A stretch of DNA of 64,000 nt from Eubacteriales bacterium (GTDB lineage Bacteria > Bacillota > Clostridia > Oscillospirales > CAG-272). The stretch lies in assembly GCA_045594085.1 (NCBI GenBank), contig JAZNXW010000020.1:5768-69767 (forward strand), in the 5' to 3' direction. The position numbers and the translations under genes are program-made. The notes beneath the pieces were generated by a model. The model had not been told where the DNA came from. It worked only from the letters and a program-made list of their open reading frames with translations, and ran no database searches. This document shows, piece by piece, positions 25,911 to 36,173 of this stretch. The first letter of the stretch is position 1. Every line of letters begins with the position of its first letter.

Positions 25911-28900
25911 TTAATCAAGCGTGAAATAATAATAGTTGGAAACTACTGTATCATAGTTGCCGTGATCGCTGTGAGCCTCATCGATGATATACTCATGAGC
26001 GGAATTTTCAGCATATACCGTGATGCAGTTATAACCGTCGGAATCAAGCACGGAAGAATCAACGCTGACGGTGACAGTCTTGCCCTTCACCTCTGCCTCG
26101 ATCATTGTTGTGCCGTTGATCTGAAGCACAACGTATTTGATCTCGTCGTCGTTGACGGCGATCTTGATCTCAGACTGCTTTGTGCGGTAGGAAACATCCG
26201 TGACATTGAGTTTATCGGACGCGTGGTACACGCCGAGCGAATCGACGAGACTTTCAACGCTTACGAACTGCTCGTCGAGCCAAGCCATACGAGTATAGAT
26301 AAACTCCTTCATTCTTTCCGTTTCCGTATCGAAGTTTAGGCCGTAAGTAAGCTGACTTGCCCATTTCGCATCGTTTGCCAGTGCGGCGTCGCGCATATAT
26401 CCAATGTAATCATCCATAATGCCGCCCTTGCCGATGAGATCCTCGATCTCATTATCGCGAAGCTCGTGCCATCTTTCCCACACCTTGACAAGGAAGTACG
26501 GATCGCGGATGAGAAGGCAGTTCCACTGCTCCTCCTGATAGTACTGCTCGACCATAAAGTCGGTGCATCTGCAATGCCACTCAGTGGGACGCCACGTGTT
26601 GCCGTTCCAAAGGACGTTGCCCCACGCCCAGTCGAAATCCCATTGAGGTCCGATATAGGCGAGTCCATCGACGTCCTTATATACGAAGAAGCTGTTCTTC
26701 ATCGTATCCCAGTTCATTATAAACTCGCAGAAGATGAAGTTGTTTACGAGGCTCTCCATATCGAAAAGCTCGGAATAGTGCAAGCCGTCGTTGAGATCGT
26801 CCGTATACTCGACCTGTTCATACATCCAGTTCCAACGGTCGAAAACTACCGCGCGGTAATGCTCATCGCTGTTTCTGAAGAAGAAATCGTCACTATGGAT
26901 AGCGTATTCGAAGGACTGAATATACTTATATGTATAATCGTAAAGCGGAGTTGACGTAAACGAATCGATACCGTAGCCTTCGGGAGCAGGTGTATTGAAA
27001 TAGAGAGGCTGTGAATATGCGGTGTAGGTTTTCGCAAGATTGGAATCGCTGAAGCTCCAGAAATCCATCTCAAGAAGGAATCCGCCGGTTTGCTCGGGAA
27101 GCTCCGGGAGTCCCCACTCCGTAAAGACGTACGTTGTCTTCTTGAGCTTGATCTCTCCCGTTGACATCCACGACCAATCCTCCATCATCAGCTCGAGAAG
27201 ATCGTTTTCAAGCTGAGTCGCATCTGCGTATCCGATCTCGCCCGCTTCAAGCTTCGCTTCTGCGATGGTCTCGGCGGCAGTTTCGGCGTATTCCTCCCAA
27301 TCAAAGACGTCAACTCTCGTTTCGTCTACTCTGACATGCTCGGAAAGCTGATATACGCCCTGATATGTGCCGTTATAAATGAGCACGACGTTCATCGACG
27401 CCATGTACACGTCCGTACCTATCGCATTCGAGAAATCCTGAAGCAGAACGTTTCTCATAAGTGTCGGGTCGCGTCCGTTTGCAAGCAGACACCAATGCTT
27501 GTTCGCGCCCTCCTCATCGATTCCGAGAAGATTCGCCTTTTTGTCAAGCTTAAGCTTGAACGGCTTTTTCGCCAGGGCTGCGGTGGAATTTCCGCGGAGT
27601 CTGATTCCGGCATCGCCGGAATAGAGATAATCCGCATATTTATCGGATGCGCAAACCTTCATTTCTACATCTGTATAAGATGAAGCGTTGACGGATGAAA
27701 ACTTTTTGCTGCTGTCAAGATAGATTATAGGCAAATAGCTATAATAGATTGAAATGTCGTCGTATCCGTCTGCTTCGACGGTGACGAGGCTTTCAACATC
27801 GGATGCGTTGAGTGTTATATACGGGACGTCAGTCTTTTCGACACGTTTGGCGCCCGTAGCCATATCTGTGATGATCCATTTGAAGGAATAACCTTCGGGA
27901 TAGCCTCCCACCTCGATCGGTTTATCAGCCTCGACGTATTCGGTGATAAAATATCCCTTTTTAGATGAGACCACTCTCATATTATAGATTTTTGTATAAG
28001 AGCCGCTCGTCGCTGTGAGCTTGACGTCCACGTAGCCCTCTTCGGGCTGTTTAACGACCGCATTCGATCCCGAGATCGAAATAACGTCCGTATTATCCGA
28101 TTCCCACAGGACTTTAATTCCCGCCGCTGTGGAAGGCAAACGGAAATTATTTTTGATTTTGGTTTCATCCTCGCTTCCGGAGAAGGAGATCGTTGTCAGA
28201 TCAAGCACAGAGAAACCGGGATGCTCAACAACCTCCGCTATAAGCGGATAAATTCCGCTTGTTACATTCCAAAGTCCCGACATCTGAAGGGTTCCGTCGC
28301 GAAGCTTTGTCGCAGGCATGGCTTCGCCCATATTATCGCGGGAAACGCCCATTTTTTCAAGGAAATAAAGATTCGACATCACCTTTGCCGTGTGATCGCC
28401 CGACGCCATAGCAAACGTAAGCCCGCCTTCAAACTTTGCAGACGCAACGGACAAAACGTAGCGGAACGTTCCGAGTGCACTGTCGCGTATACGTCCGATG
28501 ATACCGCCGCAGGTATTCCATCCGGCGTTATCGGCGGTTACCTCAATATTGCAGAACACATCCTCAATGTGGATGTTATTATTGGATACAGTGCCCGTCT
28601 TTTGCGTACGGCACTGACCAATCATGCCGCCGACACCGAGGCTTCCGGATCCGGTGAAGCTGACGGACCCCGAGAGAAGCGAGATGCCCGAGATCTCAGC
28701 AAATCCGTTTACCTGACCCGCAAGCGCGCCGACACCTGTTCCCGCTGTTGACGAAAGCGTTATATTAACGTCTTTGAGGACTACATTCTTGATGACAGCG
28801 GCATTCTTCTTCGTTTTACCGCCGACAGATCCGAACAGCCCCCAGAAAGAATTATTCTGTGTCGTTTCTTCTATCGTAAGTCCGCTGATTACGTGATTTC

Positions 28901-29303
28901 GTCCGTCAAACGTACCGCTGAAAACGCCGTCGCCCGAGAATACGCCCGAATCCGGTGAATTTCCGATGGGAGTCCAGGATTCTATCTCTGAAAGGTCGAT
29001 ATCTATAACCAGAACGTAATCGCCGTTAAGCGGATATTTGGGATCAACTCCGATCTTGGCAAGCTCCTGCGCAGACTTGATCGCGATACCGTCAACTCTG
29101 TCAGCATCATCGTCAATAACGGGAACGTACTCAGTAACGGCATCCGTCTCGGGCGCATCCGTTGTCTGACCGCTGTTGTCGGGAAGTCCGATCGGCAGAT
29201 CGGGTTCTTTTTCGCAGGACGAAAGCATCGCTGTCAGAAGCAAAGCCGCCGTCACCGTTGCAGCTCTCCCGATTATTATACCGAACTTGTTTTTCTTGCT
29301 CAT
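25911..29303 (-). CDS. Large exported lipoprotein with GLUG-like repeat region, Ig-like domain and CotH kinase-family domain
   Basis: The start is taken at ATG 29303 (MSKKNKFGIII...LLTAMLSSC lipobox, RBS GGAGAGAG). It has FWGLFGS.../GALAGQ/GGMIGQ GLUG-like motifs. The CotH signature is RLRGNSTAALAKKPFKLKLDKK...WCLLANGRDPTLMRN. Confidence 0.8.
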   Translation of the reverse strand: MSKKNKFGIIIGRAATVTAALLLTAMLSSCEKEPDLPIGLPDNSGQTTDAPETDAVTEYVPVIDDDADRVDGIAIKSAQELAKIGVDPKYPLNGDYVLVIDIDLSEIESWTPIGNSPDSGVFSGDGVFSGTFDGRNHVISGLTIEETTQNNSFWGLFGSVGGKTKKNAAVIKNVVLKDVNITLSSTAGTGVGALAGQVNGFAEISGISLLSGSVSFTGSGSLGVGGMIGQCRTQKTGTVSNNNIHIEDVFCNIEVTADNAGWNTCGGIIGRIRDSALGTFRYVLSVASAKFEGGLTFAMASGDHTAKVMSNLYFLEKMGVSRDNMGEAMPATKLRDGTLQMSGLWNVTSGIYPLIAEVVEHPGFSVLDLTTISFSGSEDETKIKNNFRLPSTAAGIKVLWESDNTDVISISGSNAVVKQPEEGYVDVKLTATSGSYTKIYNMRVVSSKKGYFITEYVEADKPIEVGGYPEGYSFKWIITDMATGAKRVEKTDVPYITLNASDVESLVTVEADGYDDISIYYSYLPIIYLDSSKKFSSVNASSYTDVEMKVCASDKYADYLYSGDAGIRLRGNSTAALAKKPFKLKLDKKANLLGIDEEGANKHWCLLANGRDPTLMRNVLLQDFSNAIGTDVYMASMNVVLIYNGTYQGVYQLSEHVRVDETRVDVFDWEEYAETAAETIAEAKLEAGEIGYADATQLENDLLELMMEDWSWMSTGEIKLKKTTYVFTEWGLPELPEQTGGFLLEMDFWSFSDSNLAKTYTAYSQPLYFNTPAPEGYGIDSFTSTPLYDYTYKYIQSFEYAIHSDDFFFRNSDEHYRAVVFDRWNWMYEQVEYTDDLNDGLHYSELFDMESLVNNFIFCEFIMNWDTMKNSFFVYKDVDGLAYIGPQWDFDWAWGNVLWNGNTWRPTEWHCRCTDFMVEQYYQEEQWNCLLIRDPYFLVKVWERWHELRDNEIEDLIGKGGIMDDYIGYMRDAALANDAKWASQLTYGLNFDTETERMKEFIYTRMAWLDEQFVSVESLVDSLGVYHASDKLNVTDVSYRTKQSEIKIAVNDDEIKYVVLQINGTTMIEAEVKGKTVTVSVDSSVLDSDGYNCITVYAENSAHEYIIDEAHSDHGNYDTVVSNYYYFTLD

Positions 29304-29488
29304 AGTCTCTCTCCGCTTAATATAATTTCGCCGGATAACGATATTAATACAATTATATATCAAGGGCAAGTCAAATACAAGACAAAATTAATGTTTTTTG
29401 TGATATATTACCGTAGTTGTTGCAATTTAACGCACTTTTATGGTATGATATATACGAAACTGTACAAGTGCGCATCAAGGAGGTCTTT

Positions 29489-31834
29489 ATGAGAAAAACG
29501 ATTGATCTTAAAAGCTGGAAATTCAAGCTCGGTCACGTTTCGGACGGTTGGTATCGAGGCGGCGACGAACGCGGATGGGAAGACGTTCGCATACCGCACG
29601 ACTGGGCAATAAGCCGCGGATTTTCGAAGGAAAATTCAAGCGGCACAGGCTACGTCATCGGCGGCGAAGGCTGGTACCGCACACGCTTTTACTGCAAGCC
29701 CGAACAGGGACAGCGTGTACGTATCACCTTCTACGGAGTCTACAACAACTCCAAGGTATGGTGTAACTCCAACTATCTCGGCAAGCGCCCCTTCGGATAC
29801 AGCACGTTCACTTACGACATAACCGAATTTCTCGCCCCCGACGGTGACAACGAGATAAGCGTTCAGGTGCTCCACACCGAAACCGCAGATTCGCGTTGGT
29901 ATACGGGTTCGGGTATCACGCGTCCCGTCACCGTAACAGTTACCGGCGAGCCTTACATAGATGATTTCGGCGTATTCGTCACAACACCCGAGGTGTCGGC
30001 GGACGCCGCGGTTATAAACGTCAAAACCGCCACCGTCGGCAGCGGTGAGATCAAAAACACCATCATCAACGCAGACGGCAACGTCGTTGCCGTGCTCAGC
30101 GGTGCGGACGCATCCGTAACCCTTCCCTCTCCCGAGCTTTGGGAGTTCGGTCACCCGTATCTGTACACGCTCAAAACCGAAATTTTCGCAAACGGAACGG
30201 TCACGGACTGCACCGAAACCAAATTCGGCATCCGCAGTCTCCGTTTCGATCCTGACCACGGCTTCTTCTGCAACGGAAAGCACACTAAGCTCCGCGGAGT
30301 ATGTCTGCATCACGACGCGGGCGCACTCGGTGCCGCCGTTCCGAAGGAGGTTTGGAGACGCAGACTCACAAACATTATGAAATGCGGCACGAATGCCGTA
30401 CGTACGAGCCACAATCCGCCCGATACAACGCTTCTGGACCTCTGCGACGAGCTCGGTCTTTACGTTATGGACGAGGCGTTCGACGAATGGGAAGCCCCGA
30501 AGAACAAGTGGTGGCAGGGACATAACGTCCGTCCGCCCAAGCTCAACGGCTATTACGAGGACTTCATCGAATGGGGGGAGCGTGACCTCAAGACGATGGT
30601 GCTTCGCGACCGCAATCACCCGTGTGTCATTATGTGGAGCGTCGGCAACGAGGTCGATTACCCGAACGATCCGTACGTTTATTCGGGATTCGATATGATG
30701 ACAGGCAACAACGACGCAGGCAAGAGCGAGGATGAACGCCGTTACGACGTAAACCGTCCCGACGCGCACCGACTGACAGAGATCGCAAAGCGTCTCGTCG
30801 GCTGGGTAAAGGACGTTGACAAGTCCCGTCCCGTTACGTCAGCGCTTGCATATCCCGAAATGTCAGTGCGCATCGGCTATATGCAGGCACTCGACGTTGC
30901 AGGCTACAACTACAAAGAACAGTTTTATGAAGAGCATCACCGCGAGTTCCCGAATGCCTTCATTTACGGATCCGAAAACAGCCACAGTGCCGAGGCGTGG
31001 GAGGCTGTGCGCGATCACGAATACATTTGCGGTCAGTTCCTTTGGACAGGCATCGACTACCTCGGTGAAGCACAGGGCTGGCCCGTGCGCGGCTTCGGTG
31101 CAGGTCTGCTTGACCTCGCGGGATTTGAGACGATGCGCTTCTATCAGCGAGAAATGATGTGGACGGACTGCATATCAGGCGTTCTTCACACCTTCTATCC
31201 GCCAAAAAACCGTCCGTCACGCCATCCTGAACGCGGTCCGCGTGTTCCCGAGGCATTCTGCTTCACAAACGGCGCTTCCGCTGAGCTTTTCTGCGGCGGA
31301 CGCTCTCTCGGAGTTATGACTCCCGAGCATTATATGTGCCGTTGGAACATTGAAAATGAGTCTTCCGACGCCGAGTTCAAGGCTGTAATCACATCCGCGG
31401 ACGGAATTTCCGTTGACGTATACCGTGCATCCTCGGGCGCGCCCGCGTCTATGACAGCGATTCCGTGGGATTCCACCTTCTGCGGCGATGTTTATACAGT
31501 AACCGACGAGGTATGCCAGCTCGAGATCCGTCTTTATGACAGGGACGGCGCGCCCGTCGTTAATGCGGCTCGCGGCGGAATGTGGGGACCTCAGCCCGAA
31601 ATAAAGGATCCGCATCGCCCCGACGTCAGAGTCACCGTTATCGGCGGAGAATTTATGGCAATGGAAAACGCCGACATCCGCGATCTTACCTCCTACAGCG
31701 AGCATCACAGAACAGTCAACAACGGACGCTTGCTCGTCTACGTGCGCGGAGAAAGCGGCAAAACGGCGGAGATCCATCTTGATCTGCCCGATCTGCCTGA
31801 GCTTTCGCGCACGGTAAAAGTACGCTTCGATTAA
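29489..31834 (+). CDS. Glycoside hydrolase family 2 (beta-galactosidase/beta-glucuronidase-like)
   Basis: The start is taken at ATG 29489 after AAGGAGG. It has NAVRTSHNPP and the acid/base motif MWSVGNE, with the sugar-binding / Ig-like / TIM-barrel order typical of GH2. Confidence 0.88.
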   Translation: MRKTIDLKSWKFKLGHVSDGWYRGGDERGWEDVRIPHDWAISRGFSKENSSGTGYVIGGEGWYRTRFYCKPEQGQRVRITFYGVYNNSKVWCNSNYLGKRPFGYSTFTYDITEFLAPDGDNEISVQVLHTETADSRWYTGSGITRPVTVTVTGEPYIDDFGVFVTTPEVSADAAVINVKTATVGSGEIKNTIINADGNVVAVLSGADASVTLPSPELWEFGHPYLYTLKTEIFANGTVTDCTETKFGIRSLRFDPDHGFFCNGKHTKLRGVCLHHDAGALGAAVPKEVWRRRLTNIMKCGTNAVRTSHNPPDTTLLDLCDELGLYVMDEAFDEWEAPKNKWWQGHNVRPPKLNGYYEDFIEWGERDLKTMVLRDRNHPCVIMWSVGNEVDYPNDPYVYSGFDMMTGNNDAGKSEDERRYDVNRPDAHRLTEIAKRLVGWVKDVDKSRPVTSALAYPEMSVRIGYMQALDVAGYNYKEQFYEEHHREFPNAFIYGSENSHSAEAWEAVRDHEYICGQFLWTGIDYLGEAQGWPVRGFGAGLLDLAGFETMRFYQREMMWTDCISGVLHTFYPPKNRPSRHPERGPRVPEAFCFTNGASAELFCGGRSLGVMTPEHYMCRWNIENESSDAEFKAVITSADGISVDVYRASSGAPASMTAIPWDSTFCGDVYTVTDEVCQLEIRLYDRDGAPVVNAARGGMWGPQPEIKDPHRPDVRVTVIGGEFMAMENADIRDLTSYSEHHRTVNNGRLLVYVRGESGKTAEIHLDLPDLPELSRTVKVRFD

Positions 31835-31851
31835 AGTAAAGGAAACACAAC

Positions 31852-32277
31852 GTGAGCTTCAAATACACCCCCGATTTTCTCTCCGACATCAAATATGTCG
31901 CCATCTTTGCGCGTTACCGCGGAAAATGGATATACTGCTATCACAAGCGCCGCGGCAGCTATGAGCATCCCGGCGGTCATGTTGAGCGCGGAGAAACGGC
32001 AATTGATGCCGCAAAGCGCGAGCTGTACGAGGAAACGGGCGTGACGGATGCTGTCATCAAGCCCGTTTGGGATTACGTTCACGTTTTCCCGAACGGCAAA
32101 CACAGGCACAACGGACGCGTATATTTTGCCGAGGTCACATCGATCGGGGAGCTTCCCGAAACGAGTGAGATGGACCACATAATCCTATCGGACACGGTTC
32201 CCGACAATTTTACATACGACACCGACATCGAAGCATCCGATATCATTTCGGTCAAACGAATGATGAAAATTGAATAA
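31852..32277 (+). CDS. NUDIX hydrolase
   Basis: 141-aa ORF with a GTG start and the Nudix box GGHVERGETAIDAAKRELYEETG. Confidence 0.88.
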   Translation: MSFKYTPDFLSDIKYVAIFARYRGKWIYCYHKRRGSYEHPGGHVERGETAIDAAKRELYEETGVTDAVIKPVWDYVHVFPNGKHRHNGRVYFAEVTSIGELPETSEMDHIILSDTVPDNFTYDTDIEASDIISVKRMMKIE

Positions 32278-32278
32278 C

Positions 32279-32311
32279 AAAAAAACGCTGAGCGTGCGCT
32301 CAGCGTTTTTT
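32279..32311. terminator. Bidirectional terminator
   Basis: AAAAAAA, then CGCTGAGCG-TG-CGCTCAGCG, then TTTTTT. Confidence 0.85.
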
Positions 32312-32316
32312 CATAT

Positions 32317-33171
32317 TTATTCACTCCCCACCCAAACATCCTTTCCGTCGGATGAGACCGTCACGCTTTTGCCGAAATCTGTTCTCCCCACCGTCACTCC
32401 GTGGCTGTCGAGGCGTGAGATCACCTCCGAATGAGGATGACCGTAATCATTGTCCTGTCCGCACGAGATAACGGCTATAACGGGACGTACACACTCCAAA
32501 AACGCTTCCGAAGTTGCGGTATTTGATCCGTGATGACCGACCTTGAGCACGTCCGCCTCCAAAAGATTGCCTGCCTTTTCGACAAGACGCGTCTCCGCTT
32601 CGCCCTCGCAGTCACCTGTAAACAAAAACGAGGCCTCCCCATACGTAAGCTTGGCGATGACGGAATCAAGATTTGCGTCGCCCGTCAGTTCAAACGGCGC
32701 GAGCACGTCGAGCGTCAACTCACCAAACGCAAACGAGTCGCCTGACGTCGCCTCGAAAACCGTGATTCCCGCGGCCGTTACCGCATCGACAAGATCAAGA
32801 TAGCATCTGTCGTCAGAATCCGAGTCGGGCATCACGATGCATCCGACCTCAAACCGCTCTGCGACAAGATCGGCTCCGCCTATGTGATCCTCGTGCGGAT
32901 GCGAAAGCACCATGCAGTCGATTTTTTCGATCCCGAGCCGGTCAAGATACGCAGCAAGCTTCTCCTCGCTTTCGTTTGTGCCCGCATCGAATAGGATCAT
33001 GACGTCATTAAGGACGGCAAGCGCCGCATCGCCTTGACCGACGTTGAAATAGTACACTGTCAAAACGCCGTCGTCGGCATTTGCGGCGAAGCGATCTTCC
33101 TCGCACGCGCACAAAATCAGCACAGCGGCGATCAAAAGAGCCAAAACGGCATTTCTCACGTTCATAATCAC
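32317..33171 (-). CDS. Exported MBL-fold metallo-hydrolase (ComEC C-terminal-domain-like)
   Basis: 284-aa ORF with a lipoprotein-type signal (LILCAC), the HPHEDHIGG (HxHxDH) motif and a later VGHHGS. Confidence 0.8.
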   Translation of the reverse strand: MIMNVRNAVLALLIAAVLILCACEEDRFAANADDGVLTVYYFNVGQGDAALAVLNDVMILFDAGTNESEEKLAAYLDRLGIEKIDCMVLSHPHEDHIGGADLVAERFEVGCIVMPDSDSDDRCYLDLVDAVTAAGITVFEATSGDSFAFGELTLDVLAPFELTGDANLDSVIAKLTYGEASFLFTGDCEGEAETRLVEKAGNLLEADVLKVGHHGSNTATSEAFLECVRPVIAVISCGQDNDYGHPHSEVISRLDSHGVTVGRTDFGKSVTVSSDGKDVWVGSE

Positions 33172-33220
33172 CTCATAAAGAACACGGGAAAAGGCTCATA
33201 TACGCCTTTTCCCGTCTTTA

Positions 33221-33838
33221 TCATTTATCAAGCTGGTCGCAGTACGCCTTGATGACAGCGGCAGCGCCCTTCGCCGTGATCGTGCTTGTGTCGATCACAA
33301 GATCGTAAAGATCGGGTCGTCCCCATTTCTGACCTGTGTAGTGGCTGTAATAAGCTGCGCGCTTTTTGTCCGTCTTGACGCAGAGATCTCTCGCCTTATT
33401 CAAGGAAAGGCTATGTCTTTCCGCGACTCTTTCCGCTCTCACGTCGAGGTCCGCCTGCAGGAACACGGACACCTTGTTGTTGTGATCACGCAAGACGTAG
33501 TCCGCACAGCGTCCGACGATAATACAGGGTGACTTATCGGCAAGCTCCTTAATGATATTGGACTGAAGGATAAAAAGCTTGTCGCTGATGGGCATATTGT
33601 AGGGCGTTGTTACGGCACTGTAATCAACAGAGCCGACAGCAAGCGTATAGAGCAGACTCGACTGCGCCTTTTCGTCATAGCTTTTGACGATGTCCTCTTT
33701 CATTCCGCTTTTGTCAGCGGAAAGCGTGATAAGCTCTCTTTCGTAGCACGGGATGCCGAGAAGCTCGGAGAGCACCTCACCCGTAAATCTTCCTGACGCA
33801 CCGTACTGGCGCGCTATGGTAATTACTCTGTTCGACAC
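33221..33838 (-). CDS. Cytidylate kinase-like family protein
   Basis: 205-aa ORF. ITIARQYGASGR P-loop variant plus YERELI..., typical of the cytidylate_kin2 family. Confidence 0.75.
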   Translation of the reverse strand: MSNRVITIARQYGASGRFTGEVLSELLGIPCYERELITLSADKSGMKEDIVKSYDEKAQSSLLYTLAVGSVDYSAVTTPYNMPISDKLFILQSNIIKELADKSPCIIVGRCADYVLRDHNNKVSVFLQADLDVRAERVAERHSLSLNKARDLCVKTDKKRAAYYSHYTGQKWGRPDLYDLVIDTSTITAKGAAAVIKAYCDQLDK

Positions 33839-33867
33839 TGTGATTCCTCCTTATTTTTCTATGAAAT

Positions 33868-34536
33868 TCATATATATTCGATTTTCGGGGTAATATCCGC
33901 AAAACAGGCAGGCACAGCGAACGCGATTGCGTATTCTTCGCCGTCAGAGCCCGTTACGGTAAAGGTGCGAAGAGCGCACGGGAGATTCCGCGCCTCTGTA
34001 TCGACGGAGACGAGCGGACGTGTAATCCCCTCGCCCGTATATTTGAGATACGCTTCTTTTTTCGTCCACATAGCGTAAAATTCCGCCACAGGATCGCGTG
34101 AGGAGTCGATTTTTGCCGTCTCCGCATCAGTGAATGCGCGGCGCATTATGCGATTTTTCCTGTCTTCTCCGCGTGAACGGTCGATCCGCTCAACGTCAAT
34201 GCCGACCTCGCCCTCCGCGTCTGTTGCGACGATCCCGACCGCAAGCATTCCGCTGTGACTGACGTTGAAGGTAACGTCACTTCGATCGGTCAAATACGGC
34301 TTACCGTGACGCCCGAGCGCGATCGTTTCGCCCTCCACCGAAGCGTCAAGCAGAAGCGATCCGCGCACGTAATCACCGAGAATGATCTCGCGCCGTCTTT
34401 TTTCGTTTACGCAGCCCGAAAGTTTTTCGCTCGCGTAATCCGAAGGCTTGAACTCGCGCTCCGCGGCTGTCGCCGCGTCCGCGATCTTTATCAGTATCAA
34501 ATTATTCCTCGCACATATAAGGATATTCGACCGCAT
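33868..34536 (-). CDS. 4'-phosphopantetheinyl transferase (Sfp-type)
   Basis: GKPYL...FNVSHSG...GIDVERI...WTKKEAYLKYTGEG motifs. The annotated ATG overlaps the pruA 3' end by 35 nt, so the true start may lie slightly downstream. Confidence 0.8.
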   Translation of the reverse strand: MRSNILICARNNLILIKIADAATAAEREFKPSDYASEKLSGCVNEKRRREIILGDYVRGSLLLDASVEGETIALGRHGKPYLTDRSDVTFNVSHSGMLAVGIVATDAEGEVGIDVERIDRSRGEDRKNRIMRRAFTDAETAKIDSSRDPVAEFYAMWTKKEAYLKYTGEGITRPLVSVDTEARNLPCALRTFTVTGSDGEEYAIAFAVPACFADITPKIEYI

Positions 34537-36130
34537 AAATCGGCACGAAATTTTCCTTGATGCATCGCGGGCTTACCCAACGGTAGAGGTTGAGCGCGCT
34601 TCCCGCCTTGTCGTTCGTGCCGGAGGCTCTTCCGCCGCCGAACGGCTGCTGCCCCACTACGGCACCGGTAGGCTTATCGTTGATGTAGAAGTTACCTGCC
34701 GTGTTGGTGAGCGCCTTTTCCATATGCTGAATTACGGAACGCTCTCTCGCAAAGATCGCGCCGGTAAGTCCGTAGGGAGACGCGGTATCGCAGATCTTGA
34801 GTGTTTCATCGAGCTTATCGTCATCGTAAACGTAAACGGTGAGGACGGGTCCGAATATCTCCTTGACCATAGATTCATAATCGGGAGTTTTCGCCTCTAT
34901 AAGCGTGGGATATACGAAATATCCGACGGAATCGTCATAATGACCGAAGACTACCTCTGCATCCTCGGATGCATTTGCACGATCTATGTAGCCCTTGATA
35001 TTTTCGAAGGAATTTCTGTCGATGACAGCGCCCATAAACGTGGAGAAGTCAGCAACGTCGCCAACCTTGAGGCGCTTAACGATATCGGACACCTTTTCCT
35101 TGACCTCGCTCCAGATGGACGCGGGAACAAACGCACGGGATGCGGCGGAGCATTTCTGCCCCTGATACTCATACGCACCTCTTACCATAGCTGCCGCGAG
35201 TGCATCAACGTCTGCTGATGCGTGCGCAAAGATGAAGTCCTTTCCGCCCGTCTCGCCTACGAGACGCGGATAAGATTCGTAATTCTTGATGTTTTCGCTA
35301 ACTGTCTTCCAAACACCGGAGAAAACCTCTGTGGAGCCGGTGAAGTGGAATCCCGCCATCTTGGGATGCGTGAGGATATACTTGCTGACCTCGGATCCGC
35401 GGCAAGGAATGAAGTTGATAACGCCTTCGGGAAGTCCCGCTTCGCGGAGGACCTCCATAATAACGTAGTTCGAGAGAACTGCCGTAGAGGAAGGCTTCCA
35501 GAGGACTGTATTGCCCATAATCGCAGGTGCGCAGGGGAGATTTCCGCCGATCGAGGTAAAGTTGAAGGGCGAGATAGCCATTACAAAGCCGTCAAGAGGA
35601 CGGTATTCAACTCTGTTCCAGACTCCTCTTGTGCTGTTCGGCTGCTGCTGATAGATAGTCTCGGCACAGTGCACGTTGAAGCGGAAGAAATCCGCGAGCT
35701 CACAAGCGGAATCGATCTCTGCCTGGAAAACGGTCTTACTCTGACCGAGCATCGTTGCGGCATTGATCTTGTCGCGGTAAGGCCCTGCGATAAGATCTCC
35801 CGCCTTAAGGAAGATCGCGGCGCGGTGCTCCCACGAGATCTTGTCCCACTCTGCCTTTGCGGCGATAGCGGCGTCTACTGCGGCAAGAAGCTCGTCTTTT
35901 CCCGCAACGCAATAGCGCGCGAGGACGTGCTTATGATTATGAGGCATAACGATCTGTGCATATGTATCTGTGTAAACTTCCTTTCCGCCGATGATGAGCG
36001 GTATTGTAACCACCTCTGCGGACTGACGTGCAAGCTCCGCTTTGAGGCTTGCTCTTTCGGGGGAACCGGGCAGATAGCCCTTGATGGGTTCATTCTGAGG
36101 GGCAGGTACGGAAAAGATTCCGGATTTCAT
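34502..36130 (-). CDS. pruA: L-glutamate gamma-semialdehyde (1-pyrroline-5-carboxylate) dehydrogenase
   Basis: 542-aa aldehyde dehydrogenase with ETGGKDF and catalytic Cys in GQKCSAASR. The N-terminal SVPAPQNEPIKGYLPGSPER is typical of PruA/RocA. Confidence 0.88.
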   Translation of the reverse strand: MKSGIFSVPAPQNEPIKGYLPGSPERASLKAELARQSAEVVTIPLIIGGKEVYTDTYAQIVMPHNHKHVLARYCVAGKDELLAAVDAAIAAKAEWDKISWEHRAAIFLKAGDLIAGPYRDKINAATMLGQSKTVFQAEIDSACELADFFRFNVHCAETIYQQQPNSTRGVWNRVEYRPLDGFVMAISPFNFTSIGGNLPCAPAIMGNTVLWKPSSTAVLSNYVIMEVLREAGLPEGVINFIPCRGSEVSKYILTHPKMAGFHFTGSTEVFSGVWKTVSENIKNYESYPRLVGETGGKDFIFAHASADVDALAAAMVRGAYEYQGQKCSAASRAFVPASIWSEVKEKVSDIVKRLKVGDVADFSTFMGAVIDRNSFENIKGYIDRANASEDAEVVFGHYDDSVGYFVYPTLIEAKTPDYESMVKEIFGPVLTVYVYDDDKLDETLKICDTASPYGLTGAIFARERSVIQHMEKALTNTAGNFYINDKPTGAVVGQQPFGGGRASGTNDKAGSALNLYRWVSPRCIKENFVPIYAVEYPYMCEE

Positions 36131-36173
36131 AATTTATCCTCCATTAATGTTAGATTATCTGTTTCGGTGCGGA

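Noticed and set aside
29636-30769. 377-aa minus-strand ORF, plus similar long antisense ORFs at 3936-4859, 17032-17910, 35222-36217, 39392-40336, 12561-13193 and 13533-14369
   Set aside because: Each is fully contained antisense to a gene with strong family motifs (GH2, dxs, GT2-TagF, pruA, rnfC, ddh, lysA). The products are Arg/Cys/Val-rich nonsense typical of antisense frames in GC-rich coding DNA.
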